64,000 bases of DNA from Camelus ferus (lineage: Eukaryota): contig NC_045697.1 in NCBI RefSeq assembly GCF_009834535.1, positions 66,900,001 to 66,964,000 of the forward strand. Direction: 5' to 3'. Shown here piece after piece: positions 59,343 to 64,000 of the stretch. The first letter of the stretch is position 1. Each line of letters begins with the position of its first letter. Below the pieces are notes generated by a model. That model saw only the letters and a program-made list of their open reading frames with translations. It was not told the origin of the DNA and made no database searches. The translations under genes and the position numbers were made by a program.

Positions 59343-62215
59343 AGTTTAGCTTTTGTCCTTACCATTAATTATTAACTGTAACCCTTCCGAAACTCAATTT
59401 CAATGATCTTTTTTTACTATTTTGTCTTTCCTGCTTATTCTCTCTAGGGCTATCTCTTGACACACCTTCATCAGGGCCTACAATCTGTTGAACTTACCAA
59501 CTTTACCTGACACCCTTCTCATGATCCCTCTTTCCTCTTTACCAAGTATAAATGCCATGTCTGCCTTCAGCAACAATCCCTTGCATTACACCCTCAACTC
59601 TGTCATCTCTCCCTTGCTCCAACATGCTCAGTTGGCCACTCTTCCCCCTACACCACCTTTGTATCCTTGCAATGGAGCATGGCTGTGTGAAGCCATATTG
59701 AGTGGGCTCATCTTCAGCTCATAACACAACTCAAATGGGCCCTAAATTCTGCCCTCAAAATTGCCCTGTATTTTCATCACCTGTTCACTGTTTCATACTC
59801 CTAAACAGCCAGTTCACACCTTCCCTCCGCTTAAACACTACCTCTCCCTCAGTCCTCTCAGCTGATGGCCAAGACTTCAATGTCACTGAGAAAACTGACA
59901 ATCAGGAGACCTCTTCCAAAGCTCCCCCATCCACCTACCATCCTTATTCTGCACCCTCTCCCTTGTTACTGGGTCAGCTCTCCGCTCCTGCCACCTTTCA
60001 GTTGTACCCTGCATCCCCTATTCCTGCTCTCCTATTCAAGAGCAAACCCCAGCAATTCTCTTCTCCCTTAAATCATTAATGTTCCCTCTACACAGAATCA
60101 TTTTCACCCACATACAGACATGTGGTTGTTTTTCACAACTTAAAAGAAAATCCCTCCTCACTCATTTTTGCCTCTAGTCCCTCCTACATTTCTCTGCTTA
60201 CCTTAAAAAACACCTTAGATACTTGTTTGTATTCACTCTCTCCAGCTGCCATCCTCACATCTACTGAATCGATTCTAATTCGTGTTGACCTCCACCATTA
60301 GAACTGCTCTTTTCAAAGGTACTGATTACTTTCACCTTGTTAGATGGACTGGTGAGGTTTTAGTACTTATTGGACTGAGCAGCAGCATTTGACCACGTTG
60401 GCTCCCCACGCCTCCTCACTTGCTTTCTCTAGACAGGGCACTTTTCTGCTTTTTGTCCTATCTTCCCCCATCTGTCACAGCTTCCTCGGGCTAAGGTCTG
60501 TTTTCCCTGTGGTAGCTCTGTCCTTGGACCTCTGCTTTTTCCTATTTTCTATCCATATTCACTTCCTTGGTGAGCTCGTCCAGTCTCATGCAGATAATTC
60601 CTAAATTTATCTCCAGTCCAGATCCATTCCTGAACTCCAGATTCATATATCCAACTGCCTCCTTGCGATTTCACTGGGTTGTCAAATAACAACCCCCTGA
60701 ACTGTCCTTCAAACCTGCTCCTCCCACACCTTACAGTCTCAGTTAAGGCCAAATCCATCCTTCCAGTAACTTAGAAACCTCAGACTTAGTCTTGACTCCC
60801 CTCTTCCTCTCCCTCTGTCCATTTGATGTCAGAGCAGCCTATCAGAATCCGACCACTTCTTGTCCCCTCAGTACCACTCCCCCTTCCCTGAGAAAGTCAC
60901 CATCACTTCTCTCCTGGATTATTGCAACAATTTCCTGTCTTATCTTTGCTTTTCCTATTGACCCTAACATCTATTCTCCATACAGTAGAATGATCCTTAA
61001 ACCCTGAGTCAGATCATGCTATACCTCGAATCCAACCCTCCAATATTATTGCTCAGGGTCAGAGCCAAAGTCCTTACAAGGACCCACAAGGTCCTGCATC
61101 ACCAGGACCCCTGACCTCTCTGAGACTTCCTCATTTACTCTCTCCTTTTCTCTCATCTCTTTAGATGCTGGCTCCTTTGCTGTGACTTATGCACAGCATG
61201 GGTGCCCCTGCTTTGGGGATGTTAGGTCCGCTCGTGCAACTGCCTGGAATAATCATTTCCCTGGTAAGTTTGCTGTCTTCTCTCCTTCAGGTCTTTACTC
61301 AGATGACACCTTCTCAGTGAGTCACTTCCTAATCAATCTTCAAAACTGCAACATCTCCCTCTGCCTATGCCCCCAATCTCTCACTCTCTTCTATTTTCTC
61401 CATCTCATATAGCCTGTATTTTACTTGTTTCCTTCACCAGAATGTAAGCTCCAAGGTTCTGGCCTATTTTTTGATCAGTGTTATAGTCTCGTGGCTTGGA
61501 ACTGGCATATAGTAGGTGCTTCATTAATTATTTGCTGAATGTATGAACAAAACAAGACATGCAGTGGGATCAAGTCTGTTATACACATTTTTAAAAGAGT
61601 AGAGAAAGTAAAGTGAAGGATTTAAAGTCGGTACTTTAACTGTCAAATTAGTAATGAGTATGTTTAGTGAGAACAATTTTAAACATCTTTTCTAACTAAC
61701 TTCTGATAGAGAGTAAGAAAACAAACCTCCATTGGCTAAGGTCAAATCCTACAGAGCTGGCCTGGCCTCCAAGTGGACTCACAGGAGAAATCATGAGATA
61801 GAAAAGGGCCTCTGGAATTATAGTAGGAGACCCCCAATGTTTCACTCCCATTTATGAGTCTAAAGTTTCCTGTGGCCAATATGTTTTAACTACGGCATCT
61901 TTGCAAGTGGAACTTGCTCTAGGCCACATTATACCTGTTTATCTCCTGGAGAACTTTAAAAAGGTGTCTGGGTAATGATTACAGAATTTTATCTAGTGAA
62001 CACAGAAATCTAGGTGATTACAGTAAACCTGAGCCTACAATATAGCTTCCCAAGACCTTTAAATTTCAATAAACAAATAGTTGGCATCTTGTTCTTTCAA
62101 CTCCATTCCACAAACACTGAGTACCAACTATGTGCTAGGCACTGTGTCAAGTGCTGGATGGGGACAAAGGGGAATTTCAGGTAAGGGCTTGCTTGTGGCA
62201 CCCTCTGGATAAGAA

Positions 62216-62729
62216 TGCAACAGGGAAGAACAAATCTGACTCTGCATTAGACATGCTGCTTTAGCTCTAACCCTGTGCTGTTTCCTGTGCTTAGTCATAC
62301 TGGTTCTGTATCTTATGTAAAAGAGTGCTGCCTGTAGCCTGAAATACACAGCACAGCCCATTCTCAAGATTCTGACCTTTAAGGGTATAACACTTTCCCA
62401 TTCATATAAAGATAAAAGCTTTGCAGAATAGAAAATAACATCTGTCTTGCTGGAGGTTTACAGGGACACCATGACCTGATCTATATGGACAGCTCCAAGA
62501 ACAAAGGATTCTGACACCAAGAAGTTTGCAAAAACCAATCACAGCCCCTCCCCTTTTTGGTATAAAAGGAGCCTGAATTCTGACTTGGATAAGATGGTTC
62601 CCTAGGACATTAGTCCCCATCTTCTTGGTCTGCTGGCTTTTTGAATAAAGTTGTTATTCCTTGCCGTAACACCTTGTTTTCCAATTTATTGGCCTGTCGT
62701 GTGGTGAGCAGAATTTGGACTTGGTAATA
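62216..62729 (+). mobile_element. ERV1-class solo LTR with intact promoter and poly(A) motifs, inserted in an antisense L2
   Basis: TG start, CCAAT 62535-62539, TATAAAA 62561-62567, AATAAA 62644-62649, end ttggtaata; 4-bp TSD-like agaa/agag. L2-like sequence continues on both sides (~62080-62215, ~62730-63150). Confidence 0.8.
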
Positions 62730-63167
62730 AGAGACAAACCTATAAACAAATTACAATGTGACAGAAACAATAGATACATGTTCAAGGATGGAGGTAAATT
62801 GGGGTTCAAATTACGTGGGGAGAGGACATTTGATGGGGGAATATCTGAACTAGTTTCTTAAGAATGGAATTAAGCTTGTTGAGAAAGCAAAAAAGTAAAG
62901 TGACGGATGAAGAGTACACTTCAGGAAGAGGAAACAGCCAGTGCTTCACATAGGCTTGAAGCCTCCTGGGGAGTCTGAGCACTGGATAGTGGTCTTACCT
63001 GCAGTCACGGGGAGCAGAGCAAGGATGAAGAAGCTGCTTTCAGGAAATCACTGAGGGACTCCAGTACTGCTCTAACACATCTGACCTTTACTTACAGCTG
63101 CTGTGATCCAATGAAGGGTTTAAAAAGGACAGGCATGATGACACTTTGCTTTAAGAAGGACTGTTTT

Positions 63168-64000
63168 GGGGTTAAGCTAAGATGGTGGAGTAGAGAGACT
63201 CACAGCTCGCCCTCTCCCACAAATACACCAAGAATTACAACTACAAACCCACTGAATTGCACAGAACACCTACAGAACTTTGGCAGAGTGTCTCTTGTTT
63301 CAAAATACAAGAGGATTGTCACAAAATCCGGTAAGAAATGAAAAAGGAAAAATCGATGCAGGACCAGTACTGCAGGGAGGGAGTGGCATGAGAAGAAAGG
63401 TACCCTCATGCTGGGACGCCCCCTTCTCCAGCCAGGAGGTCAGCAGGGACAGAAGCAGAGCTTCTGATGCTTGGGGGAGAAACTGGCAAAATGCTTGGCA
63501 GACAGAACTCAGGGAAACTTACCTGGAGGGTCCCTGTGATCCCCGGCCCGAGACACAAGCCAGCAGGGACAAGCCAGCTGGCTGCTAGAGATCGGTAAGG
63601 AGCCCAGGCAAAGGGCTGGGGCCCGCTGCACAAAGGCAGCCTCAGGGGACTGGAGGGCAGTGTGAGCTCTGGCTGGGGGTGTGTATGGAACAGAACAGCT
63701 GGGGTGGGGGGGTAGGGGCGCAACACACCATAGCCGCTTTCTCCACTTGGTGTGTTCTTGCATGAGAAGAGAGGTGGGGCTTGGTCATAGCCATCACTGC
63801 TGCATGGAGGCAGGGCTGAAAGCTGAATCCAGACCAAGAGGTCCTGCAACTTCACAGGCAGGACTGAGATTTGTTTATAGCCCCAGGCAGAGACGGCAGA
63901 TTTGCTCTCTCTGGACCCGTTGTAGACTCTCACCTCTGGGATGAGCAGGCAGTGAGCAGAGTTCTGGCACACCACAGATTCAGGTGTGTGACTGCATGCT
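63168..64000 (+). mobile_element. 5' end (5'UTR) of an L1 running off the window edge
   Basis: Begins gggg...AAGATGGtGGAGTAG (YY1-type L1 5' motif), followed by a GC-rich UTR. Preceded by ttt/aagaaggactgtttt, an L1 endonuclease-type site and candidate TSD. Confidence 0.75.

Larger units (their letters stand above)
58700..61548 (+). mobile_element. Long LINE-2 (L2a-like) remnant interrupted by MER5-type elements
   Basis: tttatctccagtccaga...tgaactccagattcatatatccaactgcct, ctggattattgcaa and 3' end aatgtaagctcca...ggcatatagtaggtgct...tatttgctgaatgtatgaa; 5' boundary approximate. Confidence 0.75.

Noticed and set aside
63406..63975. 189-aa minus-strand ORF
   Set aside because: Antisense to a GC-rich L1 5'UTR with no domain similarity; cannot be equated with primate L1 ORF0.
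56084..64000. Search for UNC5C exon 4
   Set aside because: Not found; the intron apparently continues past the window end.

Overview
Mammalian genomic DNA, most likely a camelid: the tRNA-derived SINEs look like the camelid vic-1 family (inference). The window lies inside the netrin receptor gene UNC5C on the minus strand. Eight constitutive coding exons (numbered 5-12 by analogy with human; Ig2, TSP1-1, TSP1-2, transmembrane, juxtamembrane, ZU5, start of UPA) were placed at base resolution, with canonical GT-AG sites and consistent phases. A 57-nt cassette exon absent from the ORF track lies at 30349-30405. Both gene ends are outside the window. The rest is intron with a layered transposon record (L1, L2, MIR, MER DNA elements, MaLR/ERV LTRs, SINEs). 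The most unusual item is a Mutator-type (MULE) DNA transposon at 11590-12338, with long TIRs, a 9-bp TSD and a decayed transposase C-terminus, nested in a MER102-like element. Other items of note: a YCAY cluster before the cassette exon, two routes to a receptor truncated at exon 10, and a 5'-inverted L1. I see no convincing evidence of a wholly new multi-gene system. Repeat family names and human comparisons come from memory, not from a database search.
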